A DNA stretch of 64,000 bases from Sandaracinaceae bacterium (GTDB lineage Bacteria > Myxococcota_A > Polyangia > Polyangiales > Sandaracinaceae), in contig JBGAQA010000004.1 of assembly GCA_044220955.1 (NCBI GenBank), positions 61,403 to 125,402 of the forward strand, in the 5' to 3' direction. Both the position numbers and the translations under genes were made by a program. Below the pieces are notes generated by a model. It was given only the letters and a program-made list of their open reading frames with translations, was not told the origin of the DNA and ran no database searches. This document shows, piece after piece, positions 55,484 through 64,000 of this stretch; the stretch's first letter is position 1; each line of letters opens with the position of its first letter.

Positions 55484-57340
55484 CTAGGGCGCGAAGACCG
55501 CGCCGTCGGCGAACGAGATCGCGCCGTTCGTGCCGCCCCAGACGATCATCTCGGTGCCGTCCCACACCGCGGAGTGATCGGCGCGCGCGCTCGGAGCGCC
55601 GGCCCCGGGCAGGGTCGTCCAGGTGTCTCCGGTGGGCGAGTACGAAGCGCCGTCGCCGAGGTAGCCCGCCTCCGTGCCGCCCCACACCATCATCTGCGAA
55701 CCGTTCCACACGGACGTCGCGCCGATCCTCCCGACGATCGGCGGCGCGGCCATGCCGGTCCACGTGTCGGTGGAGAGGGTGTAGCGCCCGCCGCTGGTCA
55801 GGCGCGTCTGGCCTGCGTTCCAGCCGCTCCACACGATCATCTGCGTGCCGGTCCACACCGCCTGATGGTGCGAGCGTGCGGGAGGACGTCCCGTGTTGGT
55901 GATGTTCGCCCACGCGTTGCCGACCGGGTCGTAGCGGCCGCCATCCTGCAGGACGCTCGACGGCACGCCGTTGCCGATGTCGCCGCCCGTCGCGTTCTCG
56001 CCGCCCCAGACGAGGAAGCGTGTGCCCGTCCAGAGCGCGGGTGCGTAGCGCCGCTGGCTCGGGTCGCCCGCCGTCGCGGTCGTCGTCCAGCCGGTGCCGT
56101 TGAAGAGCGCGCCGTCCTGACGGATCGAGGTGGCGTCCCAGCCGCCGAAGACGAAGAGCAGGCCGTCGACGTCGTCCCACGCGTACGCGAAGCGTGAGCG
56201 CGCAGCGGGCGAGGTGCCCGGCAGCGGAGCCCACGTGTCGGTCGCGGGATCGTAGATCCCGCCGTCGGCCAGCCAGCCCGTGGTGCCGCGGTATCCGCTC
56301 CACACGATCATGCGCGTGCCGGTCCAGACCGCGGCGTGTCCGCGTCGCGCGCCGGGCGCGCCGGTCGTGGACACCGGGAGCCACGTGTTCGTGGACGGCT
56401 GGAAGCGGGCGCCGGTGTTGAGCTCCGCCGCGCCCGTCGTGCCGCCCCAGACGATCATCTCCGTCCCGGTCCAGACGGCGGTGTGCTGGCTGCGCCCGGA
56501 GGGCGCGCCCGTCGCGCTCACGACACCCCAGCCATGGCAGGCGCCCGCGCTGCACGTCTGACCCGGGAAGCACGCGTGTCCGCAGGTGCCGCAGTTCGCC
56601 GGGTCGACGTCGGTGTGCGTCTCGCAGTCGGGCGAGGCCGCGCTGCAGCTCCGGTACCCGGGGTTGCACAGGTACTCGCATCCGGTGCTGCCGCAGCTCG
56701 TCGCGGTGTTCGCGAGCGTGAGGCAGGCATCGCCGCAGGTGAGGCAGTGGGTCGTGGTCCCGAGCGTCGTCTCGCAACCGTCGGAGTACGTGGCGTTGCA
56801 GTCGCCGAAGCCAGTCGTGCATCCCGAGATGGCGCAGATGCTGGCCGTGCACGTCGAGGTCGCGTTCGTCACGGCGGCGCACGCCGCGCAGGAGCCGCAG
56901 TGGTTCACGTCGCTCGTCGTGTCGACGCACGCGAGGCTGCAGCACATCTGGGCGCCGACGCAGAGCGCGCAGGGGCCGGCGTCGCTTCCGGCGTCGCTTC
57001 CGGCGTCGCTTCCGGCGTCGCTTCCGGCGTCGCTTCCGGCGTCGCTTCCGGCGTCGACCGGGCCGACGTTCGCGTCGCTTCCGGCGTCGGTCCCCACGTC
57101 CGGCAGATTCGCGTCGGCTCCGGAGTCCGGCAGGCCCATGTCCGGCGTGCCCGCGTCGAGCCCGGTGTCGGCGAGCGCGGCGTCGCCGGCGTCGCGTCCG
57201 GCATCGAGGGGCGCGTCCATCGCTTGCGCGTCGGTGGATGCGTCGATCGGGCGCGATCCCAGGGCGCTGCGGGACAGGGAGCAGGCCGGGACCGACAGCA
57301 CCACGAGCCCGGACACGAGCCAGGACAGCCAGGAGCGCAT
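55484..57340 (-). CDS. lipoprotein: (DAGS)n linker, Cys-rich region with Stig1-like unit, seven Kelch-like blades
   Basis: Lipobox VVLSVPACS. CETHTDVDPANCGTCGHACFPGQTCSAGAC. Seven copies of the ..W.G..M.VWGG motif. ATG 57340 verified. Confidence 0.8.
   Translation of the reverse strand: MRSWLSWLVSGLVVLSVPACSLSRSALGSRPIDASTDAQAMDAPLDAGRDAGDAALADTGLDAGTPDMGLPDSGADANLPDVGTDAGSDANVGPVDAGSDAGSDAGSDAGSDAGSDAGSDAGPCALCVGAQMCCSLACVDTTSDVNHCGSCAACAAVTNATSTCTASICAISGCTTGFGDCNATYSDGCETTLGTTTHCLTCGDACLTLANTATSCGSTGCEYLCNPGYRSCSAASPDCETHTDVDPANCGTCGHACFPGQTCSAGACHGWGVVSATGAPSGRSQHTAVWTGTEMIVWGGTTGAAELNTGARFQPSTNTWLPVSTTGAPGARRGHAAVWTGTRMIVWSGYRGTTGWLADGGIYDPATDTWAPLPGTSPAARSRFAYAWDDVDGLLFVFGGWDATSIRQDGALFNGTGWTTTATAGDPSQRRYAPALWTGTRFLVWGGENATGGDIGNGVPSSVLQDGGRYDPVGNAWANITNTGRPPARSHHQAVWTGTQMIVWSGWNAGQTRLTSGGRYTLSTDTWTGMAAPPIVGRIGATSVWNGSQMMVWGGTEAGYLGDGASYSPTGDTWTTLPGAGAPSARADHSAVWDGTEMIVWGGTNGAISFADGAVFAP
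56978..57049 (-). repeat. six perfect copies of 12-nt unit GGCGTCGCTTCC, encoding (DAGS)6
   Basis: Counted base by base. A seventh, degenerate copy follows at 57050-57061. Confidence 0.95.
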
Positions 57341-57400
57341 CCATCGATGATGCCACGGAAGCGACCCCTCCAAACAGAGCCGCGGTATGCTCCGGGCGCC

Positions 57401-59521
57401 ATGCACCGCCCCGGAATCGGCCTCTTCTTCGCGGCCGTCAGCTGCTGCGTCACCCTCGGCATCGCGTGCGGCTCCGTCGCCTCCGCGCAGGTGCGGACGC
57501 CACCCCCCGCGGTCGAGCGCGTCGAGCCGACGTCCGGACCGCCGGGCACGTCGGTCCAGATCATCGGCCGGTTCTTCCGCGCGGAGCACGTCGTCCTGCT
57601 CGGCGACGTCGAGCTGCCGGTCACCCTCCGCTTGCCGAATCGGCTGACCGTGACGATCCCGCCCGGAGCCGCGACGGGCCGCGTCCAGATCCGGCTCGCC
57701 GACGGAGCTCTGGTCACCGGACCGGAGCTGCGCGTGCTCGCCGCGCCGCCCCCGCCGGTCATCACGTCCGTGGAGCCGGCGCACGCGCCGCCGGGCGCCG
57801 AGGTCCGCATCGTCGGCGACCACTTCTCGGCGCGCCTCACCGAGAACACCGTGACCCTCGGCGGTCTGCCGGTCGTCGTGCGCACCGCGACGCCGACCGA
57901 GCTCGCGGTGATCGTCCCGATCGGCGCGTCGACCGGCTCGTTCGCGGTCGCCGTCGCGGGCGCGACGGATGGCGCGTCGGTCGCTTTCACGGTCGACGTC
58001 GGCGTGCAGATCAGCTCGTTCGAGCCGGCGGTCGCTTCCCCTGGCACGCGCATCACCGTGCATGGCGCGGGGTTCGCGCCGCGCGCGGCCGGCAATCGCC
58101 TCTTCGTCAACGGGACGGCAGCGCGCATCCTGAGCGCGAGCGCGACCGAGCTCACCTTCGACGTCCCGGCAGCGGCGACGACGGGCACGCTGCTCGTGGA
58201 CGTTCGCGCCGCCGGCCGCGCGTACTCGGGGGCCCCGCTCACCGTGCTGCCGGCGCCGACCGTCGCGGCGATGGAGCCGAGCTCCGGTGTCGTCGGCGTG
58301 GAGGTCCACGTCCACGGCACGCACTTCGGAACCGACATCCGACAGGTCGCCGTGTCGATGCACGACGCGGCCCTGACCGTCCGGAACGTCAGCGACACCG
58401 AGATCACCGTCGAGATCCCGGCGGGGGCCGTGAGCGATCGGATGTCGGTCGTCGTGCACGGCCTGCCCGCCGTGCAGACACACGACGTGTTCGAGGTGCT
58501 CGTGCCGGTCGCGCTCGCGAGCTTCTCGCCGGAGCAGGGCGGCCCTGGCACGGTCGTCACCATCACCGGCACCGGGTTCTCGCCCACCGCGGCACACGAT
58601 CGCGTCACGCTCGCAGGTCTCGAGTGCCCGATCGTGCGGGCGGGCGCGACCGAGCTGGAGGTCCGCATTCCCACCACCTCGAGCGGTCCGCTGATCGTGG
58701 AGGTCCACCACGCGGGGAGCGCTCGCACCTCCCGGCCATTCGTCATCACGACGCCCCCGACGATCACTCGCTTCGAGCCCACGAGCGGAGCCGTCGGGAC
58801 GATCGTGCACGTATACGGCACGCAGTTCGGTGAGACGGCGAGCATCGTGCAGGTCACGTTCGGCGGGCAGGCGGCGGCCATCCAGTCGATGACGAGCACG
58901 CAGCTCGACGTCCTGGTGCCGCAGGGCGCGACGACCGGCCCCATCGGTGTGTCCGTCCGCATGCAGGGCGCGGCGACGTCGTCGTCGGACTTCCGCGTGC
59001 TGATGCCGCTCAGCGTCAGCGCCGTCGAGCCGGAGAGCGCGTACCCGGGACAGACGATCGTCGTGCGCGGCGTCGGCCTCGCGGCCAGCGGTCTCGCCGT
59101 CTCGTTCACCGGCGCCCGCCGGCCGGCGACGGTCACCGCGCGGACGACGAGCGAGATGCGCGTCGTCGTCCCCGCCGACGCGGCGACGGGGCCGCTCACC
59201 GTGCGTTCCGACGACGGGCGCAGCGTCTCGGCGACCTTCACGCTCGCCCCCACTCCGAGCGGCGTCGGCGTCACCGAGCTCGTCCCGGCGTGCACCCACG
59301 CGGGCTGCGCCGTCGTCGTGCGCGGCTACGGCTTCGCCCCCCGCGCGACGGGGCAGACGGTCACGATCGGCGGGCAGCGCGCGCGGGTCCGGCGGGCGGC
59401 GGCGTACGAGCTCGAGGTGACGATCCCGGCGCGGGTCCCGCCGGGGAGCGCGCCCATCCACGTGGACGTCCGCGGCGTCGGCGCGGTGGACAGCCCGCCG
59501 CTGGCGATCACGAGCGAGTGA
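57401..59521 (+). CDS. secreted protein of about 8-9 tandem IPT/TIG domains
   Basis: Recurrent ...P..I.S..P..G..G..V.I.G..F......V..GG... units of about 80 aa. Signal peptide ...GSVASAQ. Confidence 0.8.
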   Translation: MHRPGIGLFFAAVSCCVTLGIACGSVASAQVRTPPPAVERVEPTSGPPGTSVQIIGRFFRAEHVVLLGDVELPVTLRLPNRLTVTIPPGAATGRVQIRLADGALVTGPELRVLAAPPPPVITSVEPAHAPPGAEVRIVGDHFSARLTENTVTLGGLPVVVRTATPTELAVIVPIGASTGSFAVAVAGATDGASVAFTVDVGVQISSFEPAVASPGTRITVHGAGFAPRAAGNRLFVNGTAARILSASATELTFDVPAAATTGTLLVDVRAAGRAYSGAPLTVLPAPTVAAMEPSSGVVGVEVHVHGTHFGTDIRQVAVSMHDAALTVRNVSDTEITVEIPAGAVSDRMSVVVHGLPAVQTHDVFEVLVPVALASFSPEQGGPGTVVTITGTGFSPTAAHDRVTLAGLECPIVRAGATELEVRIPTTSSGPLIVEVHHAGSARTSRPFVITTPPTITRFEPTSGAVGTIVHVYGTQFGETASIVQVTFGGQAAAIQSMTSTQLDVLVPQGATTGPIGVSVRMQGAATSSSDFRVLMPLSVSAVEPESAYPGQTIVVRGVGLAASGLAVSFTGARRPATVTARTTSEMRVVVPADAATGPLTVRSDDGRSVSATFTLAPTPSGVGVTELVPACTHAGCAVVVRGYGFAPRATGQTVTIGGQRARVRRAAAYELEVTIPARVPPGSAPIHVDVRGVGAVDSPPLAITSE

Positions 59522-59539
59522 TACGCTCACCCTGACTCG

Positions 59540-61660
59540 ATGGGTGCCGGTGTTCCGCTCGGGCCGTATCGGCTGGTTCGCAGGCTCGCGACCGGTGGGA
59601 TGGCCGAGATCTTCCTGGCCCGGCAGGAGGGCAAGGACGGCTTCTCCCGCGATCTGGTGGTGAAGCGCATCCTTCCGCACCTCGCCGCCGATCCCGAGTT
59701 CAAGCGCATGTTCCAGGGCGAGGCGCGCCTGGCCGCGCACCTCTCGCACCCGAACGTGGTGCACGTGTACGACTACGGCTCGGTCGTCGAGGAGGGCGGG
59801 GACGAGGCGTTCTACCTCGCGATGGAGCTGGTCCGCGGGGTCGACCTGCGCGCGCTGATCGTGCGCGCGGCGGAGGCGGCCGTGCAGCGCGGCGAGCCCT
59901 TCGCGCTGCCTCCTCACCACGCTGCGAAGGTGTGCTCGTTCGTCTGCGAGGCGCTCGCGTACGCCCACGAGCTGGTCGTGGACGGAAAGCGGGCGAACAT
60001 CGTGCACCGCGACGTCACGCCCTCGAACGTCCTGCTCTCGTTCGACGGCGCGGTGAAGCTCGCCGACTTCGGCATCGCCAAGAGCGTCGCGGGCGGCGAC
60101 GAGCGCACGGAGCACGGCGTGGTGAAGGGCAAGTACAGCTACCTCTCGCCCGAGCAGGCGCGCGGCGAGCCGCTCGATCGCAGGAGCGACCTCTTCAACG
60201 TCGGCATCCTGCTCTTCGAGTCGATCCTGGGGCAGCCGCTCTTCCCGCACCAGGACGCCAAGCTCGCCAAGCGGATGTCCGCGCGCGGCGAGATCCCCGA
60301 CCGCCTGCGCATCCGCCGACTGCCGGCGCCCCTGGCGGAGGTCGCGGAGCGCGCGCTCGCGATGCGACCGGGGGACCGCTTCCCGGACGCGCTCGCGATG
60401 CGCGCCGAGCTCGAGGCCTTCGTGCGCAAGTCCCCCGAGCCGAGCGACACCGTGGAGATCGGTCGCTTCGTGCGTGCGCTCTTCCCGGAGACGGTCGCCG
60501 AGGATCGTCGGGCGGTCCGCGCGGCAGGGACCATCGCGAAGTCCGACGTGCCGGTCGCGGTCCGGGCGCGGACGGCGGTGCTCGACCCCAACGTCAGCGG
60601 CGAGACCTCGCTCGGTGAGACGGAGTCCGACCCGACGCTGCTCTCGTCGTCGACCATCTCTCTCGGCGCCGAGCTGCTCGATCCCACGCCCGCCCCGACC
60701 TCCGCCCGCGTGCCTTTGCCTTCGCCTCCCTCGCCCGTGTCTCTCGCCACGCCGGCGCCCGCCTCGAGGACGTCGGTCCCGGGCGCGCGCGGGCCGTTCC
60801 CGCTCGACACGACGCCGGCGATCCTGCGCCGGCGCTCCCGCCGCGGTACGTGGATCGCGGCGACCGCGATCGTCCTCGGCGCCTCGATCGTCGCCGGCGT
60901 CGTGCTCTTCGGCCGGCAACCGGGTCCACCCGACGCGCCCGACATGCCGCCGCGCACGGTGTCGCTCGGCACCGAGCCGGCCGCCACGGCGCGGCTGCAC
61001 GTCACCACGAGCCCGGCCGGCGCCGAGGTCGAGATCGACGGACGCTCGATCGGAACGGGGCCGTCCGTGCAGACGCTCGCGGCCGGCACGCGCCACGTCG
61101 TCCGGGCCATCGACGCGCACGGCGCCGAGCTCTCGCGCGACGAGGTCACGCTCGGCGAGGGCGAGATCCGCGAGCTGACGCTCTCGGCCCGGCCGGTGAG
61201 CGCGTCCCTGCGCGTGGCCACGACGCCTCCCGGCGCCTCGGTGCGCGTCGACGGCGAGCTCCTCGGCGAGACGCCGCTCTCGGTCGACGTCGCGCCCTCG
61301 CCCCACCACGTCGAGGTCTGGCTGACGGGATACGACCCCGTCGCCGACGACGTGAGCTTCGCGGGTCCGGGCGAGCAAGCGATGCTCTCGTTCGCGCTGC
61401 GGCGTCAGGCGACGCGTCCCGCGCCCGACCGGCACCCCCCTCCGAGCACCGCGGCGCGAGGGACGGGCACCCTGCGCATCGCGACGGATCCCTACTCCGA
61501 GGTGTACGAGGGGAGCCGCCACCTCGGGACCACGCCGCTGCAGACGACGCTCCCGGTCGGGCATCACCGTCTCTCCCTGCGATCTCCGGGACATGCGCCG
61601 CGCGTGGCCGAGGTCGACATCACGGCCGACGAGGTCACCCGCCTGCGCCTGAGCCTCTGA
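59540..61660 (+). CDS. Ser/Thr protein kinase with three C-terminal PEGA domains
   Basis: GGMAEIF, VVKRI, HRDVTPSNVL, DFGIAK and LSPEQ motifs. One TM helix. PEGA cores SPAGAEVEIDG, PPGASVRVDGELLGETPL and DPYSEVYEG..LGTTPL. Confidence 0.9.
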   Translation: MGAGVPLGPYRLVRRLATGGMAEIFLARQEGKDGFSRDLVVKRILPHLAADPEFKRMFQGEARLAAHLSHPNVVHVYDYGSVVEEGGDEAFYLAMELVRGVDLRALIVRAAEAAVQRGEPFALPPHHAAKVCSFVCEALAYAHELVVDGKRANIVHRDVTPSNVLLSFDGAVKLADFGIAKSVAGGDERTEHGVVKGKYSYLSPEQARGEPLDRRSDLFNVGILLFESILGQPLFPHQDAKLAKRMSARGEIPDRLRIRRLPAPLAEVAERALAMRPGDRFPDALAMRAELEAFVRKSPEPSDTVEIGRFVRALFPETVAEDRRAVRAAGTIAKSDVPVAVRARTAVLDPNVSGETSLGETESDPTLLSSSTISLGAELLDPTPAPTSARVPLPSPPSPVSLATPAPASRTSVPGARGPFPLDTTPAILRRRSRRGTWIAATAIVLGASIVAGVVLFGRQPGPPDAPDMPPRTVSLGTEPAATARLHVTTSPAGAEVEIDGRSIGTGPSVQTLAAGTRHVVRAIDAHGAELSRDEVTLGEGEIRELTLSARPVSASLRVATTPPGASVRVDGELLGETPLSVDVAPSPHHVEVWLTGYDPVADDVSFAGPGEQAMLSFALRRQATRPAPDRHPPPSTAARGTGTLRIATDPYSEVYEGSRHLGTTPLQTTLPVGHHRLSLRSPGHAPRVAEVDITADEVTRLRLSL

Positions 61661-61717
61661 CGCGCCCAACGCGTTTCTCGGTCACGAAACACCGGCTCGT
61701 CGCCACGTGAGACGGAC

Positions 61718-62653
61718 ATGCCGCGTCTCGTCCTCGCCCTCGCCTCGCTCGTCCTCGTCCTGCCCCTGGCTCCGGTCCGCGCGCAGCCTCCTTCCAGCCC
61801 GCCGGTGCACGTCGAGCGCCGCAGCGTCGAGCTCGCGGGGGGCGCCGTCGCACGGCTGGCGACACGGTGGACGACGGACGGCGCCTCGAGCGGGGCTTCG
61901 CTCGCGGTCGGGGACGCAGCGCCCGTCGTCCTCGTGCGCGGCGCGAGCGCCGCTTCCATCGAGCGCGGCGAGCGCGTCGCCGTGGTCGCGTACGAAGCGT
62001 ACGACGGTGGGCCCCCCTTCCGGCTCCGCGCCGTGCGTCACGACGGGGGCGCGGACGTGCTCGGAGTCGAGCGCACGCTCGCGCGGCCCGGCGCCAGGCA
62101 GGGCGACATCCCGTTCGCGGTCGCGATCGCGCCGGTCCCGGGCCGGGGCTTCGCGGTGTTCTTCGAGGAGGTACAGAGCGACGATCCGTCCGCGGCGCGC
62201 ACGTACCTGTTCATGCTCGGTCTGGACGGAGAGCCGACCGACTCGGGCCGCGAGATCGCCGTGCCCTGGCCGCTGGCGGCCGCCGCCTGGAACGGGCATG
62301 GCTTCCACCTGGCCCTGCTCTACCCCGGCGGTAGCGACGGGATGCGGCTCTCGATGGTGTCGACCACGCCCGAGGGCAATCCCGAGCAGCACCCCGACTG
62401 GTCCAGCGCGGCGGGCTTCGTCGCGGACGTCCACCTCGTGACCGTGGGGGCGGCGATCCACGCGCACTACCGCGGCGGACCCGGTGGTGCGCGGTGGTAC
62501 GAGACCGACGTGACGGTGATCGAGGCCTGGGGCAGCGACCGGCGGCACGCGAGCGACCACGGCGCGATCGATCCCGACGCGACGCTCGTGGTCGACGCGG
62601 CCGGGCACGTGCGTCGGATCGCCGCGCGCGACGACGGGCTCGCGGCGCGCTGA
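61718..62653 (+). CDS. secreted hypothetical protein
   Basis: Signal LVLVLPLAPVRAQ. High GC3. No family recognised. Confidence 0.6.
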   Translation: MPRLVLALASLVLVLPLAPVRAQPPSSPPVHVERRSVELAGGAVARLATRWTTDGASSGASLAVGDAAPVVLVRGASAASIERGERVAVVAYEAYDGGPPFRLRAVRHDGGADVLGVERTLARPGARQGDIPFAVAIAPVPGRGFAVFFEEVQSDDPSAARTYLFMLGLDGEPTDSGREIAVPWPLAAAAWNGHGFHLALLYPGGSDGMRLSMVSTTPEGNPEQHPDWSSAAGFVADVHLVTVGAAIHAHYRGGPGGARWYETDVTVIEAWGSDRRHASDHGAIDPDATLVVDAAGHVRRIAARDDGLAAR

Positions 62654-62713
62654 GGGTGCGCCCTCGCGCTCGAAAGCTGTCCCTCGATCGACGACGGCCT
62701 CGGGCACGACGAC

Positions 62714-62734
62714 GCCGGTGCGCGCGACACCGGC
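62714..62734. terminator. 7-bp stem hairpin between convergent genes (no U tract)
   Basis: GCCGGTG-cgcgcga-CACCGGC. About 60 nt from each flanking stop codon. Confidence 0.3.
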
Positions 62735-62794
62735 TCACGCTCGGGATGGATCACATCTCTCGCGCTCCGGGCTGGGGCGACGGCCCCTGGAGAC

Positions 62795-64000
62795 TCAGCC
62801 GCGCTTCTCGAACTTGCGCTTGAGGACGTCCCCCAGCGTGCCCATCCGCGCCTGATCGCGCGTGCCCGCCTTGTAGGTGTCGAAGTCGGCACGCTCGGCG
62901 TCGTCGTGCGCCGCCTTGATCGAGAGGCGCGGGCCGCGGCGGCCGCCGTCGCCGACGTCCGTGACCTTGGCCGTGACGACGGTGCCGACGGGGAACTCGC
63001 GGCGCAGGTCGGCGCCCGGCCGCGTGTTCGTCTCCGCGTTGGGGATGGTCGCGCGGCCGGCGCGGCCGTTCGTGCCCTCGATCTGCACGACGATCCCGAA
63101 GTTCTCGACCGACTCGACCTTCGCCTGCACCACGCGGTTGAGCACGATGGCGGGCCCACGGTCCTCGCTGCCGACCGCCGCACCCTCGGCCGCGATCGCC
63201 AGCCCGATGCGCTTCTTGACGGGGTCGACGGCGAGCACGCGCGCGAGCACCGGCTGCCCGATCTGAAGGACGTCCTGCGCGTGCCGCACCTTCGCGCCCA
63301 GCTCGCTGACGTGGAGCAGGCCCTCGACGCCCGGCGCGATCCGCACGAACGCCCCGAACTCCGCCAGGCGCGTCACCTGCCCGGCGACCACGCGTCCGAC
63401 GGGCGCGACCGCGTCGATCGCCGTCCAGGGATCGGCGGCGAGCGCCTTGAGCGAGAGCGTGATCTCGGTCTTCGCGTGCCCCTTGGCGTCGGTCTTGTTC
63501 TCGATCGCCTTGATCTGGACCTCGACGACGTCGCCGATCGAGACCACGTCCTCGGGCTTCACGCGCTCGTGCGAGAGCTCGCGAAGCGGCACCAGTCCCT
63601 CGACACCGCCGAGGTCCACGAACGCACCGAAGTCACGCAGCTGCGTCACGCGTCCGCGCTTGACGTCGCCGATCGCGAGCGATGCGAGCGTCTCCTGTCT
63701 GGCCTGCTTGGACTCGCGCTCGAGCAACGCGCGCCGCGAGACGACGACGTTTCGACCCTCGACCTTCGTCACGAGGAACGCGAGCGTGCGGCCGACGAAC
63801 TGGGTCGTGTCCTGCACGAATCGATCGTCGAGCTGCGAGGCGGGGCAGAACGCGCGCACGCCGGCGAGCTCGACCTCGACGCCGCCCTTGTTCACGGCCG
63901 TGATCTTCCCCTCGACCGGCGTGCCCTGCTCCTCTGCGACCTGGAGGTGATCGACGCTCGCCTCGCCCTTGCCGAAGCGCTTGCCGAGCCGGATGCCGCC
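62795..64000 (-). CDS. multi-S1-domain RNA-binding protein (ribosomal protein S1-like), 5' end beyond the window
   Basis: At least 4 S1 motifs (G.V..L..FGAFV.L.GVEGL...SEL). Frame stays open to the window edge with no stop between 63896 and 64000. Confidence 0.8.
   Translation of the reverse strand, partial: GGIRLGKRFGKGEASVDHLQVAEEQGTPVEGKITAVNKGGVEVELAGVRAFCPASQLDDRFVQDTTQFVGRTLAFLVTKVEGRNVVVSRRALLERESKQARQETLASLAIGDVKRGRVTQLRDFGAFVDLGGVEGLVPLRELSHERVKPEDVVSIGDVVEVQIKAIENKTDAKGHAKTEITLSLKALAADPWTAIDAVAPVGRVVAGQVTRLAEFGAFVRIAPGVEGLLHVSELGAKVRHAQDVLQIGQPVLARVLAVDPVKKRIGLAIAAEGAAVGSEDRGPAIVLNRVVQAKVESVENFGIVVQIEGTNGRAGRATIPNAETNTRPGADLRREFPVGTVVTAKVTDVGDGGRRGPRLSIKAAHDDAERADFDTYKAGTRDQARMGTLGDVLKRKFEKRG

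Overview
About 72% GC with GC3 near 90% in real frames, so stop codons are rare and most long ORFs in the track are spurious or chimeric. I picked frames by amino-acid composition, codon-3 GC, recognisable motifs, signal peptides, Shine-Dalgarno spacing and stop/start overlaps. I ran no homology search. Every family name comes from motifs I recognise by eye, and many start codons are approximate.

I support about 60 protein-coding genes. I saw no rRNA, tRNA, CRISPR array, transposase, integrase or phage gene. The content looks like chromosomal DNA of a Myxococcota (Sorangiineae-like) genome: many lipoproteins with D/A/G/S-rich linkers, eukaryotic-like Ser/Thr kinases with PEGA tails, an FHA-sigma-54 activator and Stig1-like cysteine repeats.

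Housekeeping genes:
- sdhC-sdhA-sdhB, followed by a clean hairpin
- panB-panC
- a phosphohexomutase
- hemW-ccmA-ccmB
- a multi-S1-domain protein running off the 3' edge

Signalling genes:
- three Ser/Thr kinases
- one FHA/AAA+/Fis sigma-54 activator
- one ECF sigma factor with a putative anti-sigma factor

Observations most worth follow-up:
1. Three adjacent lipoproteins built from about 3, 9 and 15 Stig1-like Cys units. A sigma-54-type -24/-12 element and an 18-bp perfect palindrome lie in their divergent intergenic region, and a kinase/FHA-activator operon sits next door.
2. A shared promoter-like motif, TGTAAG-N15-CCGTT, upstream of both the ECF sigma operon and a nearby outer-membrane barrel gene.
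3. Two paralog-like beta-propeller/di-haem c-type proteins, one translationally coupled to an MsrQ-like haem-b membrane protein.
4. A membrane protein that resembles plant cycloeucalenol cycloisomerase, plus a steroid 5-alpha-reductase-family gene 17 kb away.
5. A duplicated stop/start coupling cassette in front of a GMC oxidoreductase.
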